Part shown: positions 30,263 to 42,114 of the stretch, in pieces
How the letters are laid out: each line of letters opens with the position of its first letter
Position numbering within the stretch: position 1 is the stretch's first letter
Notes under the pieces: generated by a model
Told to the model about the DNA's origin: nothing
The model's input: the letters and a program-made list of their open reading frames with translations, nothing else
The model's database searches: none
NCBI GenBank assembly: GCA_039804105.1
Contig: JBDRZU010000001.1
Span: forward strand, 1,184,001-1,248,000
From: a candidate division WOR-3 bacterium
GTDB taxonomy: Bacteria; Hydrothermota; 32-111
Length of the DNA: 64,000 nt
Direction of reading: 5' to 3'
Program-made: the position numbers and the translations under genes

Positions 30263-31708
30263 TTATTTATTCCCTATTCCAACATGAACTTTTCTAAATC
30301 TTGTCGGTGCAGCACCATGTGACATTTCAGCCCTCTGCCCTGGTTGTCCTTTTCCACAGTTTATAACTCCCCAAAGATCCCAGTAATTTTCATTACAGAT
30401 TGCATCACATTTATTCCAGAATTCGGGAGTTATATCCTGATATGAACAATTTTTCAGCATTCTTCCAAGTTTTCCATCCTTTATCTCATATCCTATTTCA
30501 CAACCGAACTGAAAATTCAACCTTCTTTGATCAATTGACCATGATTTGTTAACATCCATATATATTCCATCTTTAGTATCTTTTATCAAATCCTCAAGTT
30601 CCCATTCTCCAGGAGCAAGAGAAAGATTTGATATTCTTATAATTGGTATTGAATAGAAACCCTGGGATCTATTACATCCTTTTGATCTTGTATCACCTAT
30701 TTTATGGGCTAATTCTCTATTTGTCATATATCCAACGAGTATTCCTTCCTTCACAATATCCCATCTTTGACTTCTTACACCATCATCATCATAGCCCTGG
30801 GTTGCAAGTCCCATTGGAATTGTGGCGTCGGCAAAAAGGTTAACTATTTTTGAACCATATCTAAATTTTTTGTATTTTTCGAGTGTAGCAAAGGAACTTC
30901 CAGCATAGTTTTCTTCATACCCTAACACTCTGTCAAGTTCTGTTGCATGTCCAACCGATTCGTGAATTTGTAAAACCATTTGTGCACCACCAATAATAAT
31001 ATCTTTCACTGCATCAGGACATTGTGGTGCTGTTAAGAGTGCAATCGCTTCGTCTCTGATTCTTTCAGCATTCTGTAATAGTTCCATCTGTTCGATTATT
31101 TCATAACCACCAGAGTAATATTGACCTCCAAAAGATGCAGGGTACGATCTTGTTTGCATATCCTCATTACCAACAGCAGTTGCCGAATATCCAGCACCAC
31201 TTCTTAAAAGATCTTGTAGAATTTCACTTCCCTCGCTGTTTACAAACCATTTTCTTATATTCTGGAAAGACATTTCACTTGTGGCTACTTTTATTTCACT
31301 TTTTTTTCTTAAAATCTCATCTATTTTAAACAATAAATCTGCCTTTTTTTCAAGTGGTATTCTAAAAGGATTTTTTAAAACTGGTGTAAACCAGTGATCC
31401 TTGTACACATCCTCTTTTGCAAGTCGAACCTTTTCTTTCTGTAAAGAACTACTCGCTTTTGCTATCAAGACAGCTTCTTTCGCAACCCTTTTGATTTCAC
31501 CTGTTGAAAGGTTATCACTTGAAGAAAAACCCCATGAACCTTTATATAAAACTCTTATTCCAAAACCAAGAGTGTTTGTGTAATCAACATTCAATTTCCC
31601 ATTTTTTACAACGATCTCCTCATTCTTTGTATCTATTATCCTTATGTCAGCATAATCTGCACCATAATGTTTTGCAACTTCGATAGCCAATTTTCCAAGT
31701 TTAAACAT
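30263..31708 (-). CDS. tldD: TldD family metalloprotease
   Basis: HESVGHATELD, DDDGV, RISNL, CGKGQP. Confidence 0.9.
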   Translation of the reverse strand: MFKLGKLAIEVAKHYGADYADIRIIDTKNEEIVVKNGKLNVDYTNTLGFGIRVLYKGSWGFSSSDNLSTGEIKRVAKEAVLIAKASSSLQKEKVRLAKEDVYKDHWFTPVLKNPFRIPLEKKADLLFKIDEILRKKSEIKVATSEMSFQNIRKWFVNSEGSEILQDLLRSGAGYSATAVGNEDMQTRSYPASFGGQYYSGGYEIIEQMELLQNAERIRDEAIALLTAPQCPDAVKDIIIGGAQMVLQIHESVGHATELDRVLGYEENYAGSSFATLEKYKKFRYGSKIVNLFADATIPMGLATQGYDDDGVRSQRWDIVKEGILVGYMTNRELAHKIGDTRSKGCNRSQGFYSIPIIRISNLSLAPGEWELEDLIKDTKDGIYMDVNKSWSIDQRRLNFQFGCEIGYEIKDGKLGRMLKNCSYQDITPEFWNKCDAICNENYWDLWGVINCGKGQPGQRAEMSHGAAPTRFRKVHVGIGNK

Positions 31709-31721
31709 TTTTCCTCCTATA

Positions 31722-33062
31722 TTAAAATTCAGTTTTACTTGTGAATGTAAAATCTTTGATTTTCATCGCTGGAACAGCAAAACCACCACCAAATCCTCCA
31801 CTCTGAACAATACATTTATCACCAATCATCACGACATTTGACAGCGCTTCCATGATCGATTGTGTGAATCTCATATTTTTTAAACCATCTTTAACTTTTC
31901 CATCCTCAACGAGGAATATACCGTTTCTTGTCATTCCGGTTATCGTTGTTGTCATTGGATTTAACATGTTGACATAATGGAATTGTGTAACAAGTATTCC
32001 AGTTTTTGTTGTTTTTATCATTTCATCAACATTCGAACTACCCTCTTTAAGATACAGGTTTAAAGGTAATGGTCCATATTCATCGTCTGCTCCAAGAGAA
32101 TGTCCATTATTTTCAAGGTTCAACATTTTCGCAACCTTTCTATCTGTTGGAACATCTTTGAATACTCCGTTTTCAAGTAATGTTAGCTTCTGTCTCGGGA
32201 AACCTTCAAAGTCAAAAGGTATTCCACCGATACCTTCAAAGTATGGATCATCGTAAAGTGTAACCATATCCCCTGCAACCTTTTGTCCAATTTTACCTGA
32301 AAGAAAACTTCTTCCTTCTGCTATCATAAGACCATTGAATGTTGTGTATGATAAGAAAGAAATAAGATCAGCAACTGCTGCTGGTTCGAGAATGACAGTG
32401 TATTTCCCTGGTTTTATATCTTTAGGATTTTTCGATTTTTTTGCTTTTTCAACTGCGATTTTTGTATTTTTTATTACATCAATGTTTTTTACACTCAACT
32501 CGTTCTGTTCTGCCCAGCCTGAAGAATTTTTTCCCTGTGCTGTTATTGAGAAAGTAACATTAGAATTTTCGAAATGCGCTTCAAGACCGTTAGAGTTTAC
32601 AATGACAAAACTACTTGCTCCGTTTGAAAATATTCCAGCTCCGTTAAGTTTTTCTTTGATGCAGATTTTCACTGCCTCTTTAACATATTTTGCTCTTTCC
32701 TCTGGTGAAAGTTCCTCTGTTTTTTTATCAAAAGATTTTTTTAAAGTGTAATCCATTTTTGCTGGTAATGGTAAAATCTCTTTTTTGTGTGTCTGATTTT
32801 TTGAAATCTCTTTTGCTTTTTCAAGAAATTTTTTTATGTTTTTTCCGTCAATAGATGTCCCGCTAACAATGCCCACCTTTCCATCATAAACCGTTCTGAT
32901 CGTGAAAGAGTATTTTGTAGAATCAACATTCTGGGTAATCTCGTTGTTCGAAAATCTTGTCAAAGATTCTTTGTTTCCAACAACTGACACTGTTGTCATA
33001 TCAGCATCAGACATTTTTACTATTGTTGATGCAAAATCGAGAAGTTTCTCTTTTTTTAGCAT
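31722..33062 (-). CDS. PmbA/TldE family protein
   Basis: TRFSNNEI, PGKYTVILEP, PFDFEG; lacks HExxGH; next to tldD. Confidence 0.85.
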   Translation of the reverse strand: MLKKEKLLDFASTIVKMSDADMTTVSVVGNKESLTRFSNNEITQNVDSTKYSFTIRTVYDGKVGIVSGTSIDGKNIKKFLEKAKEISKNQTHKKEILPLPAKMDYTLKKSFDKKTEELSPEERAKYVKEAVKICIKEKLNGAGIFSNGASSFVIVNSNGLEAHFENSNVTFSITAQGKNSSGWAEQNELSVKNIDVIKNTKIAVEKAKKSKNPKDIKPGKYTVILEPAAVADLISFLSYTTFNGLMIAEGRSFLSGKIGQKVAGDMVTLYDDPYFEGIGGIPFDFEGFPRQKLTLLENGVFKDVPTDRKVAKMLNLENNGHSLGADDEYGPLPLNLYLKEGSSNVDEMIKTTKTGILVTQFHYVNMLNPMTTTITGMTRNGIFLVEDGKVKDGLKNMRFTQSIMEALSNVVMIGDKCIVQSGGFGGGFAVPAMKIKDFTFTSKTEF

Positions 33063-33655
33063 AAACTCTCCTTGTTTATAAATTTTAAAATTTTTTCTTT
33101 TTTAATTTTTCCTTCCCTTAAAAATTCAATTTTGTTTTTTTCAATTTTTATTACGGTTGAAGGAATTTTTTCTTTTTTTAATTCACCAAAAAGATAAACA
33201 TCTTTAAAATGTCTGTAAAACTCATCTTTTTCTGTTATGACTTCCTGTCCGGAAATGTTTAAACTTGTAACCGCTAATGGTTTATTGTAAATTTCCAGCA
33301 GTTTTAAAATGTTTTTCTCTTTTGGAATTCTTAAAGAGGAAAAACGATCCTTTACAAGTATTTCGGGAATTATTTTTTTTGCCCTTAATATAATCGTTAG
33401 AGCACCAGGAAGAAAATTTTCCCTGATTTTATAAAAAAGTTTTGAAGTGTAAAAGAATCTTTCGATGTTCATGTTTTCAGAAAAAAATAGAGCAAAAGGT
33501 TTTGTTTTTTCTCTTTTTTTCAATTCAAAGATTTTTTTTATTCCGTCCAGGTTATCAAAAGATGTTCCAATGCCATTTATCGTATCTGTCGAAAATGCAA
33601 TGAGTCCACCATTTTTTAGTATTTTTATTGCCTCTTCATATTCAATCTTTTTCAT
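33056..33655 (-). CDS. tsaC: Threonylcarbamoyl-AMP synthase (TsaC/Sua5/YrdC)
   Basis: STDTINGI, KKREKTKP, PGALT, TSLNISG, PSTVI. Confidence 0.8.
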   Translation of the reverse strand: MKKIEYEEAIKILKNGGLIAFSTDTINGIGTSFDNLDGIKKIFELKKREKTKPFALFFSENMNIERFFYTSKLFYKIRENFLPGALTIILRAKKIIPEILVKDRFSSLRIPKEKNILKLLEIYNKPLAVTSLNISGQEVITEKDEFYRHFKDVYLFGELKKEKIPSTVIKIEKNKIEFLREGKIKKEKILKFINKESLC

Positions 33656-34110
33656 CTGTTAAAACTTTCTCTATATTTATCAAGTTTTTCTTTAAGGTGG
33701 CTGTCCGTTATAGAAAGCATCTCAACAGCAAAAATCGCGGCATTTTTTGCTCCTGCACTTCCTATTGTGAAGGTTGCGACGGGAATTCCAGAAGGCATCA
33801 TCACCATCGAATACAAAGAGTCAACTCCCTTCAAAGGGGATGAATCGAGTGGAACAGCAAGAACCGGTAAAGTTGTATAAGAAGCAACAACTCCGGCAAG
33901 ATGTGCAGCATAACCGGCACCACATATTATGGCTGAAAATCCGTTTTCTCTCGCTTTTTGAGCAAACTCCTGTACTTTTAATGGATTTCTATGAGCAGAT
34001 ATTATATGGGTTTCATACTCAACACCAAAATCTTCGAGCACCTTTTCTGATGAAGACATGATGTTTCTATCGTTTTCTGAACCCATCAAAATTGCTATTT
34101 TTGTCATCAC
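33652..34110 (-). CDS. purE: N5-CAIR mutase
   Basis: MGSENDR, SAHRNP, GAGYAAHLAG, MPSGIPVAT. Confidence 0.96.
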   Translation of the reverse strand: MMTKIAILMGSENDRNIMSSSEKVLEDFGVEYETHIISAHRNPLKVQEFAQKARENGFSAIICGAGYAAHLAGVVASYTTLPVLAVPLDSSPLKGVDSLYSMVMMPSGIPVATFTIGSAGAKNAAIFAVEMLSITDSHLKEKLDKYRESFNR

Positions 34111-34688
34111 TCCTCCAGTTTGTTTATATAATCAAATATTTTCATTCTATCCTCATCTTTGGTTATATCAAGAGAATCTGAAATGTTTGTAATCGTTTTT
34201 AAAACATCGTAAACGAACTGATAGTTTTTGGTTAAAAACTCAGAAGAGAGTCCTATTTTATGGAAAGAGTTGGATTTTATCACAGTTGAAATTATATAAG
34301 GATCATAATTTGGAGAATTCTTTCCAACATACTGTTCATAATAAAAGTTGCAGGAATCATAATTTTTTTCTCTATAATAGAGGGAACCTGTAAACAGGTT
34401 CTTATCATCATTTTCTGAAATTTTAAAGGATTCAGTCAGGTATTTTTTTGCAGAGTCGTTCTGTCCATACAAAAAATGGACATAGAACATTCCAACAACT
34501 ATATCAAGTGAATCCTGAAATCTATCATAATCAAGACGAAACTTTTTTAACGCTGTTGCATAATCTTTTTCTTTTATATAGACCCATCCATCGGAAAGAT
34601 TTTCATCCTGATTGAAAAGAGTACAGGAATAAAATAAAAGTATAAACACGATAGAAAAAATAACTATAAAATTTTTACGATTTTCCAT
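34107..34688 (-). CDS. Putative helical-repeat lipoprotein
   Basis: FYSC lipobox-like motif; TPR-like helices. Confidence 0.5.
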   Translation of the reverse strand: MENRKNFIVIFSIVFILLFYSCTLFNQDENLSDGWVYIKEKDYATALKKFRLDYDRFQDSLDIVVGMFYVHFLYGQNDSAKKYLTESFKISENDDKNLFTGSLYYREKNYDSCNFYYEQYVGKNSPNYDPYIISTVIKSNSFHKIGLSSEFLTKNYQFVYDVLKTITNISDSLDITKDEDRMKIFDYINKLEE

Positions 34689-36613
34689 AAAATATCTTTA
34701 CCTTTTAAAAAGTATATTCCATTGGAAAGATTCTCAAAAGAAACTTTTTTTGAAACACCTTTTTTAACAACTCTTCCACTCTTATCAAAAATATAGAACT
34801 CTTCACCTGTCCAATTCAACTCTTTTTCTTTTAAAATCAGAGTTCTTTCCTTTTTAAATACATCGAATTTTTCTTCAGAAATCAAAAATCTCAGATATGA
34901 ATCCTTTTCAACGACAAACTCGATCCTGTTGTCATATCTTATAACGGGTATTTCGATATCGTTCGAGAAAACTCTTATCCTTTCGCTTTGATCAGTGTAT
35001 TTTGTTATCTTTACTGCAGAATCGGTTTTTACTTTTATGCTTTTTGAATCGTCAAACACTAAAAACCTATCCTTACTCAAAAAAGCCATATCTCCATTGA
35101 ATATGAAAGGTGAATCATCAAGAACATTTTTTAATCCAAAACTTTTAATCTGTTCAAAAGGTATTCCATTCTTTTTTCCATAAGTGATAATGTTGTATAT
35201 GCCACTTCTGTCAGTCGATATATCGATTGTAAAAATTTTTCCATCTGTTGTAAAATTCAGTTTTTCATCTTTAAGTAAACTTTTTAATTTGAAAGAATCT
35301 ATGGTAACAGAATCGTTAACAATAAAGAAAGAAAATGTGATCAGATTCGAGAGAACAGAATAGTTTATACTCTTTGTTAAAATGTCCTGTTTGAAAATGT
35401 AATCAGGTTTAACATAACCATATCCATATTCAAGATCATATCCAGGTGATCCAAGATCTACTGAAGTTGAAATGAAAATATCGATGATCTCTTCAAGATT
35501 GTATCCAAGAGAAAACATCAAAGCGAAAAGTGATGAGAGATGTGGTGTAGAAAACGATGTGCCCTCAAGGAAATAGAGATAAAAACTTGAAACAACGGGA
35601 ATTGAATCTGTCTGTTCGATCATGGGTGCAAGAATACCTCCATCGTAATCTCCATCTCCATTGTTGTCCTGATAAACAACACCACCAGGTGCAACGAAAT
35701 CAAGATTCGTTCCATACTGTGAGTAATAAGTTCTTACAAAATTGTAATCAACTGCACCACAAGATATCGCTTCCTCAAAACCAGCAGGATAGGACAGCTG
35801 GGATACACCTTCATTTCCAGAAGCACAAACAACAGCAACTCCATTGTTTCTTGCGTTTATTATTGCCTGATGGAGAGGTGTCCATCCTGTTGAATCACCA
35901 GCTGGACCTCCAAGGGAAAGATTCAAGACCTTACAACCGTTGTTTACCCCATAATCTATAGCATCAACTATATCTGTTAAGTTACCCTGTCCATTATGAT
36001 CTAGAACCCTTAAAACAAGCACTGTGGGAGATTGGACGATCCCGGCAGTTGCAAAATTGTTATCTATATGACTTCCTATAACAGATGTAACCGCGGTTCC
36101 ATGACCGTTCATATCGTTTGGGTGCGCTTCGTCATTAACAAAATCGTATGGAAGGATAAAATTGATGTTGTCGAAATCTGAAAATTTATGGTATTTCCCA
36201 TCACTTGAAGTCACATAAACCGCTTCGTTAGATGGTATCGTAAAATCTTCAAAAGCACAACCAGAATCGAGTATTCCGATTCTTACCCCACTTCCATCGA
36301 CTTTTGAATCAAGAATATACGAAAGGTTGTAATGGTCGGGATTCAAAGACCACTGGTAAGAAAAATATGTATCGTTTGGATTATAGAACGCTTTAACTTT
36401 TGGCTCTTTACAAACACTTATAGCATCTGGAAAAAGTTTTCTGGCTTCATCTATGTCTCCATCAAAAACAATGAATTTATACTTTTCGTTTACTTTGATT
36501 AAATTTTTAATTTCAAAACTTTTTGGAAGATTTTCAAATCTAACAAGTATTCTCTCTCCACTTAAAAATATAAAGAAAAAATAAATCAAAATGAAAATTT
36601 TAAAATTTTTCAT
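34664..36613 (-). CDS. Secreted S8 subtilisin-like protease with T9SS-like C-terminal domain
   Basis: ILDSG, HGTAV, ASGN, GTSFSTP; IFDKSGRVV..GIYFLK. Confidence 0.9.
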   Translation of the reverse strand: MKNFKIFILIYFFFIFLSGERILVRFENLPKSFEIKNLIKVNEKYKFIVFDGDIDEARKLFPDAISVCKEPKVKAFYNPNDTYFSYQWSLNPDHYNLSYILDSKVDGSGVRIGILDSGCAFEDFTIPSNEAVYVTSSDGKYHKFSDFDNINFILPYDFVNDEAHPNDMNGHGTAVTSVIGSHIDNNFATAGIVQSPTVLVLRVLDHNGQGNLTDIVDAIDYGVNNGCKVLNLSLGGPAGDSTGWTPLHQAIINARNNGVAVVCASGNEGVSQLSYPAGFEEAISCGAVDYNFVRTYYSQYGTNLDFVAPGGVVYQDNNGDGDYDGGILAPMIEQTDSIPVVSSFYLYFLEGTSFSTPHLSSLFALMFSLGYNLEEIIDIFISTSVDLGSPGYDLEYGYGYVKPDYIFKQDILTKSINYSVLSNLITFSFFIVNDSVTIDSFKLKSLLKDEKLNFTTDGKIFTIDISTDRSGIYNIITYGKKNGIPFEQIKSFGLKNVLDDSPFIFNGDMAFLSKDRFLVFDDSKSIKVKTDSAVKITKYTDQSERIRVFSNDIEIPVIRYDNRIEFVVEKDSYLRFLISEEKFDVFKKERTLILKEKELNWTGEEFYIFDKSGRVVKKGVSKKVSFENLSNGIYFLKGKDILWKIVKIL

Positions 36614-36658
36614 TGAGTGAGATTATAACATTTTAAAGTTAAAAATTCAACTTCTATT

Positions 36659-36862
36659 TTATTTTAAACAATTTTCACACTTTAAAAAACCTTCCTTTTC
36701 CGCCTGTTGTTGATTATCCGGCTCAAATCTCACTCCATTTCCTGAACTTATTATCTGATTAACCTTACAATCATGTTTTTCATTGTATAGATCATGGTAG
36801 ATTTTATTTTTCAAATCACCGAGAAATCTGAATCCAAAACGAGAATTTACACTTATAGCCAC
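36659..36862 (-). CDS. Small putative metal-binding protein
   Basis: GTG start with GGAGGG RBS; YH..C..F..A...G...CENC pattern resembling Ada-type Zn-binding domains. Confidence 0.55.
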   Translation of the reverse strand: MAISVNSRFGFRFLGDLKNKIYHDLYNEKHDCKVNQIISSGNGVRFEPDNQQQAEKEGFLKCENCLK

Positions 36863-36945
36863 TTTCCCTCCTTTTTAATTAATTTACAATAAAATAAAAG
36901 AAAAATCAATAGGTGTTGACTTTTTGATGATTTGGATTAAAATAA

Positions 36946-36961
36946 GTTAGTAATAACTAAC
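36946..36961. promoter_or_regulatory. Putative DtxR/MntR-family operator
   Basis: GTTAG-taataa-CTAAC inverted repeat just after TTGACT(36916)/TAAAAT(36938). Confidence 0.65.
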
Positions 36962-36974
36962 ATTGTGAGTTTAT

Positions 36975-37409
36975 ATGAACAAATTAACAAAAAGTCTGGA
37001 AGATTACATTGAAGCGATCTATGTTGTCAGCAGAGAAAAACATTTTTGTAGGGTAAAAGATATACAAAAGATTTTAAAAGTTTCGAAACCATCCATAGTG
37101 AATGCGTTGAATGTGCTTAAAGAGAAAGAACTTATAGTTCAGGAAAAATATGGATACATAAATCTTACAAAGGAAGGAATGAAAAAGGCGAAAGATGTCT
37201 ATAAAAAACACAGGATAATCACAGAATTTGTTGAAAAAATATTTGAACTTGAAAACGATTCAGCACAGAAAATTGCATGTGAAATCGAGCACATCGTTGA
37301 CAGGAACATCTATGAAAGGATGGAAAAGATTTCAAAAAATTTTAACGAAAGAACAAAAAGAATTCTTTATGGAGAGAAAAATGAAACTGACAGATTTAAA
37401 GGAAGGTGA
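36975..37409 (+). CDS. DtxR/MntR family metal-dependent regulator
   Basis: SLEDYIEAIY, VSKPS, ACEIEH. Confidence 0.92.
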   Translation: MNKLTKSLEDYIEAIYVVSREKHFCRVKDIQKILKVSKPSIVNALNVLKEKELIVQEKYGYINLTKEGMKKAKDVYKKHRIITEFVEKIFELENDSAQKIACEIEHIVDRNIYERMEKISKNFNERTKRILYGEKNETDRFKGR

Positions 37410-37602
37410 AAAAGCAAAAGTGTTATCACTTTATGGGGGATCAAATTTTGTATGTAAAATAAAAAACATGGGAATAACCGATCATTGTTTTGTTGAGGTT
37501 TTAAAAAATGATGGAAAGGGACCTCTGATCATAAAACAGGATGGTTCGAAGATAATCATTGGAAGAATGATGGCATCAAAAATCGAAGTTGAAAAATTAT
37601 GA
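37381..37602 (+). CDS. feoA: Ferrous iron transport protein A
   Basis: MKLTDLKEGE..MGI..GP..IGRMMA; start moved to 37381. Confidence 0.85.
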   Translation: MKLTDLKEGEKAKVLSLYGGSNFVCKIKNMGITDHCFVEVLKNDGKGPLIIKQDGSKIIIGRMMASKIEVEKL

Positions 37603-39566
37603 ACGAAAAAATAGTTGTTGTAGGACAACCAAATAGTGGAAAATCTTCCCTGTTTAATGCTCTAACCGGTCTTGATCAAACGGTTGGTAATTGGCCTGGA
37701 GTTACTGTAGAAAAAAAGGAAGGATTTTTATTTATAGATGGAGAGAGATATGAAGTTGTTGATCTACCTGGGCTTTATGGTTTAACGCCCACAAGTTTAG
37801 ATGAAAAGATCTCTCTTGATTTTTTACTGGAATCTTCACCTTCACTCATTGTAAACATTCTTGATGGATCAAATCTTGAAAGATCTTTGTTTTTATCTTT
37901 ACAACTCTTTTTTCTCGACATCCCGATAATATTTTTTGTAAACAAGATAGATGTTGCAAAAAGTAAAGGTATAAAAATTGATGAAGAAAAGTTAAAAGAG
38001 ATATTTTCATGTGATATAGTTTTTGGTTCAGTTAAAAATGGTGAGGGGATAGATGAGTTAAAAAGGGTTATAAAAAATAACATTCATAAAAAGATATGTG
38101 AAACAAAATATTTTAAAGTCAGTGATAAAATATATTCGTATATAGAAAAAATATCGGAAATCCTTATAAAATATAAAGAATTTGAACATCATCCCAAATT
38201 CTTTTCATTAAAAGTTATTGAGGATGATAAAAATTTTTCTCCATTTATTTGTAAAATACTTGATTCTGAGGATCTTTCAAAAATAAAGAAAAATGTTGAG
38301 GAACTCTATAAAGATTTTAAAAAAAAGGATTTTTTGACTCTTGACTGGTTTTATTCTTTAAGTAGAGGTATTACAGGAGAGGTTACAAAAAGAGAATTTT
38401 ATGATAAAAAAAGTTTAACAGAAGAAATAGATAATACGCTTTTAAACAGATTTTTTTCTATTCCGATTTTTTTGATTATCTTTCTTTTTATATTCTTTTT
38501 AACATTCTTTTTCGGGGATATCTTTTCAAAGATTATCTCTTTTCTTTTTGAGACAATTTCAACATATCTATCGAAAGTTTTAGAAAAAGGTTTTATTCTA
38601 TCGTTTTTAACTGAAGGCATAATCGGTGGTCTGGGTTCTGTGATTACCCTGATCCCGTATATTTTTTTTATGTATTTTTTTCTTGGTTTTCTTGAGGATA
38701 CCGGTTATCTTGCAAGAGTTGTTTTCATTATGGATAGATTTATGCATAAGATAGGACTTCATGGAAAATCTTTTATATCCCTGATACTTGGTTTTGGATG
38801 TTCTGTTCCCGCAGTTCTTTCAACAAGAGTTCTTGATACTCCAAAAGACAGAATAAAAACTATACTCATTATACCTTTTATACCCTGTTCATCAAGGTTA
38901 ACTGTTCTGATATTCCTTGGAGCCATACTTTTTGGGAAATTTGATTTTCTAATAATTTTTATTCTGTTTTTGCTTTCAATAGTTTTTGCAATTTTTTCAG
39001 GTTTTATTTTTGATAGGTTCCTTTTGAAAGAAACGAGTGAAGGTCTTATAATGGAACTACCTGATTACCACCTTCCAACAATAAAAAATCTTTTGTTGAA
39101 CTCTTATTTCAAGGTAAAAGATTTTATTAAGAGAGCTGGAACATTGATTTTTTTGATAACTCTTATTATTTTTCTTCTCTCATATTTCCCTCAAAATGTT
39201 GATGGAGGTTTTATAAAAATTGGAGGAGAAAAGATAACATTTTTATTTAGACCTCTTGGTTTTGATATGGAAAGAACTGTATCCCTCCTGACCGGATTTT
39301 TTGCAAAGGAATCTGTTGTTTCAACTCTTGGTGTTCTGTATAAAGGAGAACAATTGGAAAACATAATAAGCGCAAGATGGGGAAAGATAGATGGGTTTGT
39401 TTTCCTTTTATTTTTGATGATATATCTTCCCTGTATTGCAACAGCGATAGTTATAAAACAGGAAACAGGATCATACCTTTACCTTTCAGGTATCATTGTT
39501 TACTCAGTTTTTTTTGCTTATATAATATCTTTTATAGCAAGATATCTTTTGATCGCGATATTTTGA
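37599..39566 (+). CDS. feoB: Ferrous iron transport protein B
   Basis: GQPNSGKS, GNWPGVTVE, DLPG, NKID, GFGCSVPA. Confidence 0.96.
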   Translation: MNEKIVVVGQPNSGKSSLFNALTGLDQTVGNWPGVTVEKKEGFLFIDGERYEVVDLPGLYGLTPTSLDEKISLDFLLESSPSLIVNILDGSNLERSLFLSLQLFFLDIPIIFFVNKIDVAKSKGIKIDEEKLKEIFSCDIVFGSVKNGEGIDELKRVIKNNIHKKICETKYFKVSDKIYSYIEKISEILIKYKEFEHHPKFFSLKVIEDDKNFSPFICKILDSEDLSKIKKNVEELYKDFKKKDFLTLDWFYSLSRGITGEVTKREFYDKKSLTEEIDNTLLNRFFSIPIFLIIFLFIFFLTFFFGDIFSKIISFLFETISTYLSKVLEKGFILSFLTEGIIGGLGSVITLIPYIFFMYFFLGFLEDTGYLARVVFIMDRFMHKIGLHGKSFISLILGFGCSVPAVLSTRVLDTPKDRIKTILIIPFIPCSSRLTVLIFLGAILFGKFDFLIIFILFLLSIVFAIFSGFIFDRFLLKETSEGLIMELPDYHLPTIKNLLLNSYFKVKDFIKRAGTLIFLITLIIFLLSYFPQNVDGGFIKIGGEKITFLFRPLGFDMERTVSLLTGFFAKESVVSTLGVLYKGEQLENIISARWGKIDGFVFLLFLMIYLPCIATAIVIKQETGSYLYLSGIIVYSVFFAYIISFIARYLLIAIF

Positions 39567-39570
39567 ATTT

Positions 39571-39765
39571 ATGATAGAGGAAATAATAAATTTCATTTTG
39601 AACAATAGAGTTGTAACAAAAAAGGAGATAACAAAAAAATTTGACATAGATGAACATTTTCTGGATTATATTATAAGTTATGCAAATAAAAGGGGTTACA
39701 AAATAAAAAAAGAAAAAAATAAGATTTTTAAATGTTCATCCTGTCCATATAAAAAATTTTTTTAG
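39571..39765 (+). CDS. FeoC-like small winged-helix protein
   Basis: Follows feoB; wHTH-like; CSSCPY. Confidence 0.55.
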   Translation: MIEEIINFILNNRVVTKKEITKKFDIDEHFLDYIISYANKRGYKIKKEKNKIFKCSSCPYKKFF

Positions 39766-39854
39766 GACTTGACAATCCCTTTTTTAAAATTAAATTTATC
39801 TTGTCATATTTAGAGATATTTTCATTTTTAAATAAAATAAAAGGAGGTATATTT

Positions 39855-40142
39855 ATGGCAAAGGAGAGTAAAATCCAACCTATCAACGGAAAAGTCCTTA
39901 TTAAAAGGATTGAAGAAAAAGAGGTAAAAAAAGGTTCCATTATAATCCCCGACACAGCGAAAGAGAAACCACAACAGGGAGAGGTTATTGCTGCTTCTAA
40001 AAAACTTGATGGAAAAGATCCTGATGTTAAACCAGGAGATATCGTTCTTTTTGGAAAATATGCTGGAACAGATATTGAGGTTGATGGTGTTGAGTATGTT
40101 ATAATGGACTCAACAGATATTCTTGCAATCATAAACAAATAA
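39855..40142 (+). CDS. groES: Co-chaperonin GroES
   Basis: IIPDTAKEKPQQG, KYAGT; AGGAGG RBS before ATG 39855. Confidence 0.96.
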   Translation: MAKESKIQPINGKVLIKRIEEKEVKKGSIIIPDTAKEKPQQGEVIAASKKLDGKDPDVKPGDIVLFGKYAGTDIEVDGVEYVIMDSTDILAIINK

Positions 40143-41789
<1,647 letters not shown>

Positions 41790-41800
41790 TATGAAAAATT

Positions 41801-41824
41801 GATGGCGGGTTTTTACCCGCCATC
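41801..41824. terminator. GC-rich hairpin after groEL
   Basis: GATGGCGGGT-tttt-ACCCGCCATC; no clear T-tail on the plus strand. Confidence 0.6.
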
Positions 41825-41841
41825 GAAAAATGGAGTGAAAA

Positions 41842-42114
41842 ATGCCAAACTACGATTATAAATGCAAAAAGTGTGGACTTGTGTTCAACGTTTTTCACAA
41901 AATGTCAGACAGACCTTCTGTTAAATGTCCTGAATGTGATTCGGTTTCAGAGAAAATTTTAAGTTATAATTCGAACATTATTTTTAAAGGTTCAGGGTTT
42001 TATGTGAACGATTACAAAAAGAATAACTCAACAGGGAGTGGACAGAAAGAAGATAAAGAAAAATCGAAATGTTCTGGTGGAAACTGTTCTGGTTCCTGTT
42101 CTTCATGTAGTTGA
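41842..42114 (+). CDS. FmdB family zinc-ribbon protein
   Basis: MPNYDYKC..C..CPEC..FKGSGFYVNDY. Confidence 0.88.
   Translation: MPNYDYKCKKCGLVFNVFHKMSDRPSVKCPECDSVSEKILSYNSNIIFKGSGFYVNDYKKNNSTGSGQKEDKEKSKCSGGNCSGSCSSCS

Noticed and set aside
36912..36927. GGTGTTGACTTTTTGA resembling part of the 29-bp element
   Set aside because: Lacks the GGGGAC head and is explained as the -35 of the DtxR-feo promoter; could be a decayed copy but unsupported.
39765..39854. CIRCE element before groESL
   Set aside because: No TTAGCACTC-N9-GAGTGCTAA match; only a sigma70-like promoter.
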